The notes under the pieces were generated by a model. That model did not search any database, had not been told where the DNA came from, and saw nothing but the letters and a program-made list of their open reading frames with translations. Below, piece by piece: positions 1 to 9,192 of a stretch of DNA of 64,000 nt. Numbering within the stretch: the first letter of the stretch is position 1; each line of letters begins with the position of its first letter. Made by a program: the position numbers and the translations under genes. This DNA comes from Spirochaetia bacterium (GTDB taxonomy: Bacteria; Spirochaetota; Spirochaetia; CADAEX01): positions 2,880,001 through 2,944,000 of the forward strand of contig OY759746.1 of NCBI GenBank assembly GCA_963662795.1, read 5' to 3'.

Positions 1-205
1 CATTTGCAGCGTTTCTTGATGCCTGTTCAAGACCTCTGATCTGTGCCCTCATTTTTTCCGAAACAGCAAGACCGGAAGCATCATCCCCTGCTTTTGTAAT
101 TCTCAGGCCGGATGAAAGTTTTTCCATGTTTTTTGTAATGCTGCCGTTTGTAACACCCAGCTGCCTTTGTGAGAACATAGCGCTCATGTTGTGATTAATT
201 ATCAT
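1..205 (-). CDS. flaB: Flagellar filament core protein FlaB (N-terminal part, runs off window start)
   Basis: Not in ORF track. Manual translation from ATG at 205 gives [68 protein letters not shown], a spirochaete flagellin N-terminus. GGAGG RBS at 211-215. Confidence 0.97.
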   Translation of the reverse strand, partial: MIINHNMSAMFSQRQLGVTNGSITKNMEKLSSGLRITKAGDDASGLAVSEKMRAQIRGLEQASRNAAN

Positions 206-226
206 TTTTTCCTCCATGATTTAAAA

Positions 227-244
227 TCAGGCGTCCTTGCCTGA
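227..244 (-). promoter_or_regulatory. CsrA-type GGA hairpin in flaB leader
   Basis: Minus strand UCAGGC-AAGGAC-GCCUGA: perfect 6-bp stem with GGA in the loop, about 12 nt before the AUGGAGG RBS, which carries a second GGA. Confidence 0.65.
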
Positions 245-261
245 AATTTTTAAAAAAATGT

Positions 262-287
262 TAAAGACCCTAAATTATTGCCGATAA
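262..287 (+). promoter_or_regulatory. Sigma28-like promoter pointing away from flaB
   Basis: TAAA(262-265)-N14-GCCGATAA(280-287). The -10 is perfect; the spacer is 1 nt shorter than the enteric consensus. Confidence 0.45.
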
Positions 288-343
288 TAGTAATGATAAA
301 GGGTAGGTCTGTCTTATCAGCAGGCCAACATTTTCTTAATCTT

Positions 344-371
344 TAATCGGCCTTAAACTTTATAATCTTTA
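344..371 (-). promoter_or_regulatory. Sigma28-like promoter of flaB
   Basis: Minus strand TAAA-N16-GCCGATTA about 140 nt upstream of the flaB ATG. Confidence 0.55.
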
Positions 372-423
372 ACTCAGAGGATAAAAATTTCTGATTTTTT
401 CAGGAGTTTTTTTGGAAGTGATC

Positions 424-1527
424 TTAATTCCGGTTATTTATTATTTCGATATATTTTTTTGCTATTTCATCACTGCTGTCATATTCAAGAGCGGAAAGGA
501 AAAATGCCATTGCATTGGCCGTATCGCCGTTTTTATAGTGAAAAATGCCGAGATTCGATATTATTTTTGTGTTTTCCGGTTCCAGCTTAAGCGCCTTTAG
601 CAGATATTTTTCCGCTTCCTTAAGTCTTCCTGTTTCTATGCTGCATAATGCAATCTCGTTTAGTACATCTGCGGTTGTTTCACCTAATTCCAGAACTTTG
701 GTAAAAGCATTGTAGCCTTCCTCAAATCTGGAAGATCTTCTGCATGCCCATCCAAGCAGAAACCATGCGTTCCAGACTTCAGGAGATTTTTCAAGAAAAT
801 CAGATATAATTTTGATGGCTTCATCCTCACGGCAGAGTTGTATCATGTCATGTGCCTGTTTGAATTTTGAATCGAGCCAGTCGTTTGATTCAATCTGACT
901 GATTATTGATAGTGCTTCATCTCTCTTGTCCCTGTTGTCCTCTGTCTCTTCGCTTAAATCAAGAAAGGCGGAATAGTGATTTTTGGCTTTGTCGTAATTC
1001 TGCCGGTTCATGAAGAACCGGGCCGCGAAATAATGAACAATATCAGAAGATGGATCAATTTCGAGTGCTTTTTTATAGCTTTCAAAAGCAAGATCAAGAT
1101 ATTTACGGTTTTCATCACTGGCAGAGGCTGATGAAGCTTCAGATCGGTGTTCATACAGCATGGCCATGTTTATAATATTGGTTGTGTTATCCGGTTCAAG
1201 CCCTTCAACCGCAAGGAATATTTCTTCAGCTGTAGTGAAATCATTATTTGTCGCTTTTTCAACTCCGGCATCAATAAGCTGGCTTGCAAGCTCAGGTTTT
1301 ACCGCTGCTATGAAATTCCTGTAATAATCGAGATTCTCAAGATCCCTGTGAAATGCCAGTATCTTAAGCATTGCAGCGATTATTTTTTCCCATGTCAAAT
1401 CTTCAAGAGATCCTTTTTCTATAGATCCGGTTTTTTCAACAGGAAGGGGAATTTCAGGATTTATTTTGAAACCGTTGATTTCAGTTGCAAATTTTTCGGG
1501 TATTTTGATAAATATTATCTCATTCAA
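424..1527 (-). CDS. Tetratricopeptide repeat protein
   Basis: Multiple TPR motifs (AWFLLGWACRR, EAEKYLLKALKLEPEN, ALEIDPSS). Likely start is TTG at 1527 after GGAG, overlapping the upstream stop; the ORF track extends it to 1620. Confidence 0.85.
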   Translation of the reverse strand: MNEIIFIKIPEKFATEINGFKINPEIPLPVEKTGSIEKGSLEDLTWEKIIAAMLKILAFHRDLENLDYYRNFIAAVKPELASQLIDAGVEKATNNDFTTAEEIFLAVEGLEPDNTTNIINMAMLYEHRSEASSASASDENRKYLDLAFESYKKALEIDPSSDIVHYFAARFFMNRQNYDKAKNHYSAFLDLSEETEDNRDKRDEALSIISQIESNDWLDSKFKQAHDMIQLCREDEAIKIISDFLEKSPEVWNAWFLLGWACRRSSRFEEGYNAFTKVLELGETTADVLNEIALCSIETGRLKEAEKYLLKALKLEPENTKIISNLGIFHYKNGDTANAMAFFLSALEYDSSDEIAKKYIEIINNRN

Positions 1528-2476
1528 TCGTCTTCTCCGGTAAAACAGCTGCCGGTGCATTGTCTGCTTCATCGGCATCAGTCGGTTTAGATTCAGAAGC
1601 AGCGGCAGCTGTTTCAGCATATACTGATTCAGGGCCTGAAACAGATTCGCTGCCGCCTTTCTCCGTAACGGAAGAAGGCGCTTCTTTTAAAGTTTTTACA
1701 TAGTTTTCTATACTGATTTTAAAGCTTACAGGAATTGTTTCCCCTGAAAATTCAATTCCGATGAGCACAACATCGTTTCTTCCCGGAATATTATCAACTC
1801 TCGCGATTCTTCCGGAAATCTGCCAATTGCTGCTTCCTGAATTGAATTTTATAATAATTGATTTATTTAAATGAAATTTAAAAGCCTTGACTCCTATTGT
1901 CATAATTCCGGAAGTGGAAATATCTACAAGTATTACTTTCCTCGGTATATTTTCAATTACAAGATTTACTTCTCTTGAATTGAGTCCAAGTAATTTATAG
2001 TTGGTCTGATTGACAATAATTCTGAGATCCTTTCTTTTTTGAAAGTTGATGTTTGCTTCAAGAAGCTGTCCCAGATTGATTATAAGGTCATCCGGCGGCC
2101 GCTGTGTATATGACAAAAATGCATAGTTCAGGTCTGAGTCAGGGGTAGTATAGGCACTGTAGCCTGTTACTCTTGCGTTTACAAAGAATGAGATTATGTC
2201 ATTTTTACCCGGTACATTAAAACACAATCTGAGTGATACAAGATTTCCTGATTCCCTTATCAGCGAGATGAAATTATCACCTGTGTTGACTATGATTCTG
2301 CTCTTTTTCATTGATGTTGAATAGAGCAGGCATTTCCTGTGAACTCCGCCGCATCTTACATATATCTCTTTCTGGTTAAGATGTGTCGCAGCGACAATAT
2401 CTTTTGTAAAAGTAATATCAATATCATTGTAGAGTTCATATAGTTTTGATATCTGGAGACTGGTTAGTATGGCCAT
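1520..2476 (-). CDS. plzA: PilZ-domain c-di-GMP receptor, PlzA-like
   Basis: RxxxR (RKDLR) and DxSxxG (DISTSG) motifs after a spirochaete-type N-terminal domain (...YTQRPPDDLI); acidic low-complexity tail. Confidence 0.8.
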   Translation of the reverse strand: MAILTSLQISKLYELYNDIDITFTKDIVAATHLNQKEIYVRCGGVHRKCLLYSTSMKKSRIIVNTGDNFISLIRESGNLVSLRLCFNVPGKNDIISFFVNARVTGYSAYTTPDSDLNYAFLSYTQRPPDDLIINLGQLLEANINFQKRKDLRIIVNQTNYKLLGLNSREVNLVIENIPRKVILVDISTSGIMTIGVKAFKFHLNKSIIIKFNSGSSNWQISGRIARVDNIPGRNDVVLIGIEFSGETIPVSFKISIENYVKTLKEAPSSVTEKGGSESVSGPESVYAETAAAASESKPTDADEADNAPAAVLPEKTIE

Positions 2477-2521
2477 ATTTTCAATTAATGATATGATTTT
2501 ATTATTGTTGATGTCAATAAA

Positions 2522-2556
2522 AATAAAGCAGGTCTACATCAATAGCCTGCTTTATT
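2522..2556 (-). terminator. Probable intrinsic terminator
   Basis: Inverted repeat AATAAAGCAGG...CCTGCTTTATT downstream of the HEAT-repeat gene. Confidence 0.5.
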
Positions 2557-2646
2557 ATTTCCCGGTATACCCTGTAATTTAAATATCCTGAATAAATGAC
2601 ACTGGCCGAAGCGGATCTGAGGCGCGAGGCTGGAAATTCCCTTTTC

Positions 2647-3840
2647 TTATTTGAGTTTCGCTGCTGCTGCCTGGGCTGCTGTTAGTACGGCAGTTGACCA
2701 GTTAATGGTATTTACTACCATTATTTCTTCCAAAGCAGCCTTATTCCCGGTATTTCCAAGTGCGTTGATAACTGCAATAACTGCCCTTCTGTCAATAGAT
2801 TGAGTAATTCCGGCAGACTGCCTGTCGTTCTGATCCCTTAAAAAAGCGCTTAATGCAGCTACAGCCTCATCGCTTTTATAGGTACCCAGTGTTGAAATTG
2901 CTGTGAGCTTCTCATTTATGTCATAATTGCTGAAAATCATTTCTTTCAGATATGGAACTGCTTCCGGAGGCTTTACAGACGAGGCTCCTATCATGCTGCA
3001 TGACAGGAGTCTGATGTTTGAGAGTTCTGTCTGTTCGGCAATATTGCCGGGCTTGTTGGTTATACCCTGGTCAAGCGCCCCTGCTGCAAAAACTGCTTTT
3101 TTGTCATCAGGTGCCGCAGAATTGTTTTCAGCTTCAAGCGCAAGATATTTGTTTTTGAAATCTGAATCTTTATTGATGATTCCGGTCAGTATTTCAGAAG
3201 GATCATCCGCTATAATTCCAAGAGCTTCTTTTGCCCTTTCCCTTACTCCTGATAATGGAGAATACCAGCCTGAAGAAGCGTAAAATACAGATTCATAGGT
3301 TTCTTCAGCTTTAAGTTTTTCAAATGCTGTAACAAGGGCATATGCCAAAGTTTCGTTTTCCCTCATGTTTGCATTACCGTAGAGGCGCATATTGATATTC
3401 CTGAGCATCAGGACAAGTTCCCCGGTATATTTCGTTGAACCGATTTTCCCAAGTGCTGTTATTGCCTCTCCCCTGATAATCAGGTTATCGCTGTTTATAA
3501 GAGCGTTGTAAATCTGGTCCTCAGCTTCAAGCGCTTTTAGTTCACCCAGTTTTTTTATGCTTATTTTTTGCAGCTTGTCATAAAGTCTTTTTTCGCTGAT
3601 ATCTGATATGCTGCTTCTGATAGTGTTGGTTTCTGTTAGTGATTGCATAATTACCGGGATAAGCTCGCGGCCGTCCTGCTCCGCTATGTTCTGCATTATG
3701 CTTAATTTATATTCAATCGTATTGAGCCTGTTATAAAGCCTTGTCCACATTGCCGTGTTCTCGTCTCCATAAACGGAAACTCCGATAAAAAACAGGACTG
3801 CTAAAACTGATAATTTTTTCATGGTATTTTCTCTGTTCAT
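2647..3840 (-). CDS. Exported HEAT-repeat protein
   Basis: Signal peptide (MKKLSVLAVLFFIGVSVYG; alternative start 3822) and HEAT-like repeats (RGEAITALGKIG, AVINALGNTGNKAA). Confidence 0.75.
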   Translation of the reverse strand: MNRENTMKKLSVLAVLFFIGVSVYGDENTAMWTRLYNRLNTIEYKLSIMQNIAEQDGRELIPVIMQSLTETNTIRSSISDISEKRLYDKLQKISIKKLGELKALEAEDQIYNALINSDNLIIRGEAITALGKIGSTKYTGELVLMLRNINMRLYGNANMRENETLAYALVTAFEKLKAEETYESVFYASSGWYSPLSGVRERAKEALGIIADDPSEILTGIINKDSDFKNKYLALEAENNSAAPDDKKAVFAAGALDQGITNKPGNIAEQTELSNIRLLSCSMIGASSVKPPEAVPYLKEMIFSNYDINEKLTAISTLGTYKSDEAVAALSAFLRDQNDRQSAGITQSIDRRAVIAVINALGNTGNKAALEEIMVVNTINWSTAVLTAAQAAAAKLK

Positions 3841-3842
3841 TA

Positions 3843-4727
3843 TTATTTCCCTGGTTTGATTTCTTTTTCAATAAATGCAAATACTTTTTCAACAGTTTCT
3901 ACAACAGTGCCGTCCGGAGTTTTGATTATGCTTTTTTCTGTTCTCTTTCCCTCTTTTTCAGAATATTCATAAATTATTTCATTTATAACACTCTTTTCGC
4001 CTTTGTAGATAGTTTCAGAGGCAATAAGGTTATCTTTGTTATATTCGTAGACTGCGCCGGATGTTTTTTTCCCTGATTTGCTGTAATGACTCATTTCTGT
4101 CATCAGCTCATTGCTGTATTTGTAGAGAAAGTACTCTTCAAGTGTTCCTGCCGGGGAGTAGCTGTTTGTTCTGATGTTATTACCGTTTTCATAAATATAT
4201 TCATTATATCCAAGCAGCACATCTGCTGAATCATATATTTCCCATTTTGATTTCAGGGAGTTGTTTCCTTCATATTTGTAAACAGATCTTGAAATCTGTT
4301 TCCCTGTATTATCATACAGAATTGTCGCTGTAACATTCCCTGTTTTATCATAGGTAATCATCTTCATTTTAAGAAGAATGTTTTCCCTGTCAAACCAGGA
4401 GAACAAAACCCTGTCACTGCTGTATTCTGCAGAAGATGTTTCAAGTACAACTCCTGAATTGTCGTAAGTTATTGATTTGATCAGGCGGTCGCTCCCATCT
4501 TCATAGGTGTTGACTGTTTTTGTATCAATATAATCATTCCGCTGATATTTTATTTCACTAAGCAGAACCGGAATCCTGATTATTACCGGACCTGTTGATG
4601 TATTTTCCTGCTTTATCTGCGGGACTTTGTCATCAGTCTTGACTGATGGGGCAGGGGTTCCTGCGCATCCGGAAAAAACTGCAAGAATAATAAAAAAAGT
4701 AATTAATAGTGCCAAAGTTTTTTTCAT
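3843..4727 (-). CDS. Lipoprotein with YD/RHS-like beta repeats
   Basis: Lipobox AVFSG-C; repeated YxYxxxG motifs (TYDKTGN, YIYENGN, YEYNKDN). Confidence 0.7.
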   Translation of the reverse strand: MKKTLALLITFFIILAVFSGCAGTPAPSVKTDDKVPQIKQENTSTGPVIIRIPVLLSEIKYQRNDYIDTKTVNTYEDGSDRLIKSITYDNSGVVLETSSAEYSSDRVLFSWFDRENILLKMKMITYDKTGNVTATILYDNTGKQISRSVYKYEGNNSLKSKWEIYDSADVLLGYNEYIYENGNNIRTNSYSPAGTLEEYFLYKYSNELMTEMSHYSKSGKKTSGAVYEYNKDNLIASETIYKGEKSVINEIIYEYSEKEGKRTEKSIIKTPDGTVVETVEKVFAFIEKEIKPGK

Positions 4728-4818
4728 GTCATAACTCCTGTTTGAAGTATAAAGTTTTGCGGTAAAATATTAAATACGATTTTAAATAAGATGAAGCTTA
4801 AATCCATCAGAAAAAAGA

Positions 4819-4991
4819 AAACCCCCGCGGAGCCGCTTGGCGAAAATCTCTTGAACTCATATGTTCAAGTGGGTTTCGTTTGCGGGAAATTCTGATTTGC
4901 AAGAAGCAATTCAATTCAAACCCGGCACAAGGAATCCCCTTTTTATGGTTTGTCCCAAGAGATTTAACACACCGCCCGGTTTCCGCAGGTT
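4819..4991 (-). ncRNA. ssrS: 6S RNA
   Basis: Directly downstream of zapA (conserved synteny). About 170-nt rod: 5' CCUGCGG..CCG pairs with 3' CGG..CCGCGGGGG, and AAAUCUCUUG pairs with CAAGAGAUUU. Typical central-bulge hairpin CUUGAAC-AUAUGA-GUUCAAG at 4850-4869, followed by a U-tract. Confidence 0.85.
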
Positions 4992-5286
4992 AATCATCTT
5001 CAAGTACACTCTCTATACAGGTAATAATCCTTTCTGTCAATTCTGTAAACTCACTTTCAATGATTTGATTGTTACCTGAATTTCTTTCTTTGTAAAGTTC
5101 ATCAATAAGATATACTGATGTAAGAAGAGCTATTCTGAGAGGATCTTTCATTCCTGTTGTGGTTTCAACCTTGCTGATTATTTTTTCAAGGTAATCAAGT
5201 ATTTCCTTCATATATACAGGATCTTCATCAACCTGTATTCTGAAGGAAGTACCTAATACCTTTATCTCAACAAGGTTGCTTCCCAT
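4990..5286 (-). CDS. zapA: Cell division protein ZapA
   Basis: VEIKVLGTSFRI...YMKEILDYL...RIALLTSVYLIDEL ZapA pattern; adjacent to 6S RNA. Confidence 0.88.
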   Translation of the reverse strand: MGSNLVEIKVLGTSFRIQVDEDPVYMKEILDYLEKIISKVETTTGMKDPLRIALLTSVYLIDELYKERNSGNNQIIESEFTELTERIITCIESVLEDD

Positions 5287-5288
5287 AA

Positions 5289-5744
5289 TTAAAAAATATC
5301 TAACTGCGCGCTGCTTTCCGGATATGCGGATTCAGACTCTTCTTCAGAGTTATCATCCTCATTTTCTGAAATATCACCGGCCGGATTGGTTTCAGCCGGA
5401 GGGGATGCCTTGAAATTCTCAAACAGTGAATTCTTTTCAGGTTCATCTGCTTCAGAATCTGTTGAATCGCTGGCGTCGTTCCCTGGAGTACTGTCAGATT
5501 TTTCATCAGAGACTGAAATATTATCAAGGTCTTCCAGCTGTCTTATAGCTTTTACAATACCTTCTTCAATTTCACTCTGATTACTTCTGAAATCAGATAT
5601 TATCGCTTCGAGTTCATCAGTTCTGCTGTTTGCCGATTTAAGCTCTGATTTAAGTATGTTGTTTTCTTCTTTCAGAGCTTTAATCAGTTCTACAGCTTTA
5701 AAGACTTTATCTTCAAGTCTTTTGATCTGTTCCAGGGATAACAT
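5289..5744 (-). CDS. ZapB-like coiled-coil cell division protein
   Basis: LEQIKRLEDKVFKAVELIKALKEEN coiled coil, acidic tail ending QLDIF; located between rplT and zapA. Confidence 0.7.
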   Translation of the reverse strand: MLSLEQIKRLEDKVFKAVELIKALKEENNILKSELKSANSRTDELEAIISDFRSNQSEIEEGIVKAIRQLEDLDNISVSDEKSDSTPGNDASDSTDSEADEPEKNSLFENFKASPPAETNPAGDISENEDDNSEEESESAYPESSAQLDIF

Positions 5745-5746
5745 GA

Positions 5747-6106
5747 TCAGGCTCCCATTGCCTGTTTGGCTTTCTCTACAAGCATAACAAAAGCGGCTTT
5801 GTCTTCAATCGCCATGTTTGAAAGCGCTTTTCTGTTAATTTCCACTCCTGCCTTGTTAAGTCCGCAGATAAGCTTTGAATATGTAAATTCCTGGTTTCTG
5901 CATTCAGCAGAAATACGGGTAATCCAGAGTCTTCTGAAATCCCTTCTTCTTGTTTTCCTGTGATCATAGGAACTCTGGAGGGCCTTCATTACCGCATCTT
6001 TTGCGGTTCTGAAGAGCAGACTTCTTCTTCCCCTGAATCCTTTGGCATGTTTTAAAATCTTTTTTCTTCTGTCGTGCCTTCGTGTTCCATCGACTGCTCT
6101 GGGCAT
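5747..6106 (-). CDS. rplT: 50S ribosomal protein L20
   Basis: MPRAVDG...KKILKHAKGFRGRRS...DFRRLWITRI. Confidence 0.98.
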   Translation of the reverse strand: MPRAVDGTRRHDRRKKILKHAKGFRGRRSLLFRTAKDAVMKALQSSYDHRKTRRRDFRRLWITRISAECRNQEFTYSKLICGLNKAGVEINRKALSNMAIEDKAAFVMLVEKAKQAMGA

Positions 6107-6136
6107 TTTATTCTCCTTCTACTTCTACTACTTCAA

Positions 6137-6334
6137 TTACTTGTAAGGCATTACTGCTTTGAGTCTTGCTGTTTCAGGTTTGGAAAGTATTGCGCCTTTC
6201 CTGAGACCTCTTTTTCGTTTTGAATTCTTTTTGGTCAGAATGTGTCTCAGTCCCTGTTTCTTGTACTTTACTTTTCCGCTGCCTGTAAAAGAAAATCTTT
6301 TTGCAGCGCTTTTTCTGGTTTTCATCTTTGGCAT
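6137..6334 (-). CDS. rpmI: 50S ribosomal protein L35
   Basis: [21 protein letters not shown]...RHILTKK. Confidence 0.98.
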   Translation of the reverse strand: MPKMKTRKSAAKRFSFTGSGKVKYKKQGLRHILTKKNSKRKRGLRKGAILSKPETARLKAVMPYK

Positions 6335-6347
6335 AGAGCCTACTCCT

Positions 6348-6872
6348 CTATTTTTTCCCTTTCGGATTTAGTATCATTGACATAAAGCGTCCTTCCATCA
6401 TCGGCGGTCTATCCATGACAAATTCGCCTTCAAGAAGATCAAGCATTTTAAGAAGCACGTCTCTGCCGAATTCCGTGTGGGCAAGCTGCCGTCCTTTAAA
6501 ACGGATTGTAACTTTTACCTTGTTGCCTTCATCAAGAAACTCTTTAACATGTTTTGTTTTAAAAGCAAGATCATGTGTTTCTATCAACGGCTGCATTCTG
6601 ACTTCCTTGATTTTAATCAGTTTCTGTTTTTTTCTCGCTTCTTTCAGCTTTTTTTCCTGATCAAAACGGAATTTACCGTAATCAAGTATCTTGCATACCG
6701 GAGGCACAGCCTGAGGGGCAACCTCAATAAGGTCAAGTCCGGCTTCTTTAGCCATTGCCAGAGCTTCTGTTATTGAAACAACACCCTGTTGTTCACCATC
6801 ATCACTAAGAAGTCTGACCTCTTTTACACGTATAGCTTCGTTAATTCTTAAATCTTTTTCTTTTGCGGCCAA
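6348..6872 (-). CDS. infC: Translation initiation factor IF-3
   Basis: [13 protein letters not shown]...[12 protein letters not shown]...[11 protein letters not shown]; non-AUG (TTG) start. Confidence 0.98.
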   Translation of the reverse strand: MAAKEKDLRINEAIRVKEVRLLSDDGEQQGVVSITEALAMAKEAGLDLIEVAPQAVPPVCKILDYGKFRFDQEKKLKEARKKQKLIKIKEVRMQPLIETHDLAFKTKHVKEFLDEGNKVKVTIRFKGRQLAHTEFGRDVLLKMLDLLEGEFVMDRPPMMEGRFMSMILNPKGKK

Positions 6873-6990
6873 TCACACCTACCTATCAATTAAATATTTC
6901 ATGAAAATATATCATTGAAAAAAAAAAGAGTCAAACGGTAACATAATAGATAGTTGCAAAAACAGGTAATAGATAATAAAATCTGTGTCC

Positions 6991-7635
6991 ATGACACTAT
7001 TTTCAATACTGCTTTTTCCGCTTTCATCTCTATGGTTAATTTCAGGAAAACCTGAAACAGACAGGCTTAAACAGATATGGAATGATTTCAGGGATTACTA
7101 TCTTCACGGCATATTCTATTTTATCCCTGCTATTTTAATTGTTAACCTTCTTACCGGTTTTTTAAACAGGACATATTCACTGGCAAACATTTATTTGTAC
7201 CACTTTTTTACAGATTTTTTTTATTTTCAGCTGATTTCAACAGCCTTCTGCCTCTTTAATTTTCGCAATATGATGTATGCAGGGCCTGATGAGAAAATGA
7301 AACACTATTTTTTATTTTTCTCGGGATTTTTTACAGCTCTTACTGTTTATTCAGCACTGCACAATAACAGTTATGGTGATATTTATTCTTATTTTATCCT
7401 GCCTGCCGCCTGGCTATTAATGGCCGGCTTTACAGTTTTTTTTCTTGTTTACAGGGAAATGGAAAGCGGTATTGTTAAGGGATTATTCATCAGCGGCTTA
7501 TTCCTGTTTCCGGCTGCTGCGGCATTAATACCTTTTTTCTTCTATATTAGACAATACGCCGCATCAGGTTTAATACAATTTCTGCTTGTACTATGCGGAT
7601 ATTTTCTGGTGAAAATTAACAGGGTCGACTTATAG
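6991..7635 (+). CDS. Hypothetical polytopic membrane protein
   Basis: About 7 hydrophobic segments. TTGCAA-N17-TAAAAT promoter (6954-6982) ends 8 nt before ATG 6991; ORF track start is 6985. Confidence 0.7.
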   Translation: MTLFSILLFPLSSLWLISGKPETDRLKQIWNDFRDYYLHGIFYFIPAILIVNLLTGFLNRTYSLANIYLYHFFTDFFYFQLISTAFCLFNFRNMMYAGPDEKMKHYFLFFSGFFTALTVYSALHNNSYGDIYSYFILPAAWLLMAGFTVFFLVYREMESGIVKGLFISGLFLFPAAAALIPFFFYIRQYAASGLIQFLLVLCGYFLVKINRVDL

Positions 7636-7852
7636 GCAGATGAAAAATATCCGAACCTGAGCGGCTGCCTTGCTTCATTCAATTGAAATTTTGTAAAACC
7701 GTTCATAAGCCCATTTACTTGACATCGGTAATACTCTTAATTACTATTGGTAATATATATTTATCAGTACAGGCGACGGAACAGGCAGCCAGGCTGAAAA
7801 TATTTTTAAAAACATATTTTTTTACCCATAAAAAATATTCAGGAGGAAAATC

Positions 7853-9136
7853 ATGGGAAATTATAATAAAGATTTCGAGAAAGCGCTCGAAATCGGACGT
7901 CCACCCAATATCAAAAAGCTTTTTCCCAATTCAAAAGCTCTTATTGTAAGCGGTAAAGTCATTGACAGGGCAATGCTTGGCAAAGGGAAGGCAATGACTA
8001 TTGCCGCAAACGGAAGAAGCAGTTTTGTTATTAAAGGGGCCCTGATGGCTGCCCAGAAGGCAAATGCCGGAATAATTATTGAAATCGCGAAGTCCGAAGG
8101 CGGCGCATCTTCTTACTGTCCTGTAAGTTACTGGAATATGGCTATGTATGTAGATTCACTCTGCAATGAGCTTGGAATCACTGTTCCTGTTGCTGTCCAT
8201 GCGGACCACTATGGAATCAAGGACGACAAGGATATTGAAGCTGCAAGAACAGAAATCCCCAGTATGTTTGATGCAGGTATTACTTCCATTGCAGTTGATG
8301 CATCACATCTTCCTGATGATAAAAATCTTCTTGCAAATCTTGAGCTCAACAAATATATTCCCTCATGGGCAGGTCTTGAAACTGAAGTCGGAGAAATAAA
8401 AGGGTCAACCGGCCTTTCAACACTCAAGGAAGCCTCTTTCCTTATCGCAGGGCTTAACGCACATGGTATTTTCCCTGACTGGATTGCGCTTAATAACGGT
8501 ACAACACACGGTATTGAGGCAAGCGATGCAGGTATTCAGGTGGAGCTTACTGCGGATATCCACAAAGGGCTTGAAAAATACGGCATTTCCGGCGCCCAGC
8601 ACGGTACATCCGGCAACAGCTCTGAAAGATTAAGGGCAATTGCGCAGAATACCCATACAACCAAGGCAAATGTTGCAACAGCTCTCCAGATGATCTCCTG
8701 GGGTCTTGAAGTAAATGATTACGGCAACGCAATACTTGATTCTAACGGCAATTTCATAAAAGTCAAAAATGAAGGGCTTACTGAAGAGATGTGGAAAAAA
8801 GTAGTTGCCTATGCTGATGAAAAAGGGTGGAAAAAAGGCGATTACAAAAAACTCAACCTTCCTTTTGAAAACAAATTCTGCGGACAGCCTGCAGATGTAA
8901 GGGACAGAATGGCAAAAAGGGTAGAGGATTTTGTCTATGGCATACTTGTAAGTGTATTCAATGCCAAAGACACTGCTCCACTTGCAATTGAGGCTATTCT
9001 TAAGGCCGGTTCATACGATCTTGGGCCTAAAGGAAAGAAAATCGAGAATCCGGCAGACTGGACACCCGCTAAAATTGCTGAAAAAGCTAAATTGCTCGAC
9101 GGTGATAAAGGCACAGCCGGTAATTTTGACGACTGA
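7853..9136 (+). CDS. fba: Class II fructose-bisphosphate aldolase family protein
   Basis: VHADH, ETEVGEI, GTTHG, QHGTSG and KANVAT metal/substrate motifs; AGGAGG RBS; TTGACA-N17-TACTAT promoter upstream. Confidence 0.88.
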   Translation: MGNYNKDFEKALEIGRPPNIKKLFPNSKALIVSGKVIDRAMLGKGKAMTIAANGRSSFVIKGALMAAQKANAGIIIEIAKSEGGASSYCPVSYWNMAMYVDSLCNELGITVPVAVHADHYGIKDDKDIEAARTEIPSMFDAGITSIAVDASHLPDDKNLLANLELNKYIPSWAGLETEVGEIKGSTGLSTLKEASFLIAGLNAHGIFPDWIALNNGTTHGIEASDAGIQVELTADIHKGLEKYGISGAQHGTSGNSSERLRAIAQNTHTTKANVATALQMISWGLEVNDYGNAILDSNGNFIKVKNEGLTEEMWKKVVAYADEKGWKKGDYKKLNLPFENKFCGQPADVRDRMAKRVEDFVYGILVSVFNAKDTAPLAIEAILKAGSYDLGPKGKKIENPADWTPAKIAEKAKLLDGDKGTAGNFDD

Positions 9137-9148
9137 TTCCAATAAATC

Positions 9149-9176
9149 ATGCCCCTCATCGAGGGGCATTTTTCTT
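9149..9176 (+). terminator. Intrinsic terminator after fba
   Basis: ATGCCCCTC-atc-GAGGGGCAT followed by a T-tract. Confidence 0.8.
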
Positions 9177-9192
9177 TCACAGCTGGAAGTCC

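Noticed and set aside
221-410. Invertible (phase-variable) promoter segment upstream of flaB
   Set aside because: The flanking inverted similarity (GAAATTTTT/AAAAATTTC) is short and AT-rich, and there is no recombinase in the window.
2600-2642. GC-rich patch in an AT-rich intergenic region, possible REP or ncRNA
   Set aside because: No second copy noticed in the window and no convincing stable structure.
4861-5079. 72-aa plus-strand ORF
   Set aside because: Antisense to 6S RNA and zapA; no coding features.
6868-6876. ATT start codon for infC
   Set aside because: The ATT is out of frame; the in-frame non-canonical start is TTG at 6872.
7760-7800. Possible riboswitch in the fba leader
   Set aside because: Only weak pairing and no match to riboswitch consensus sequences I know.
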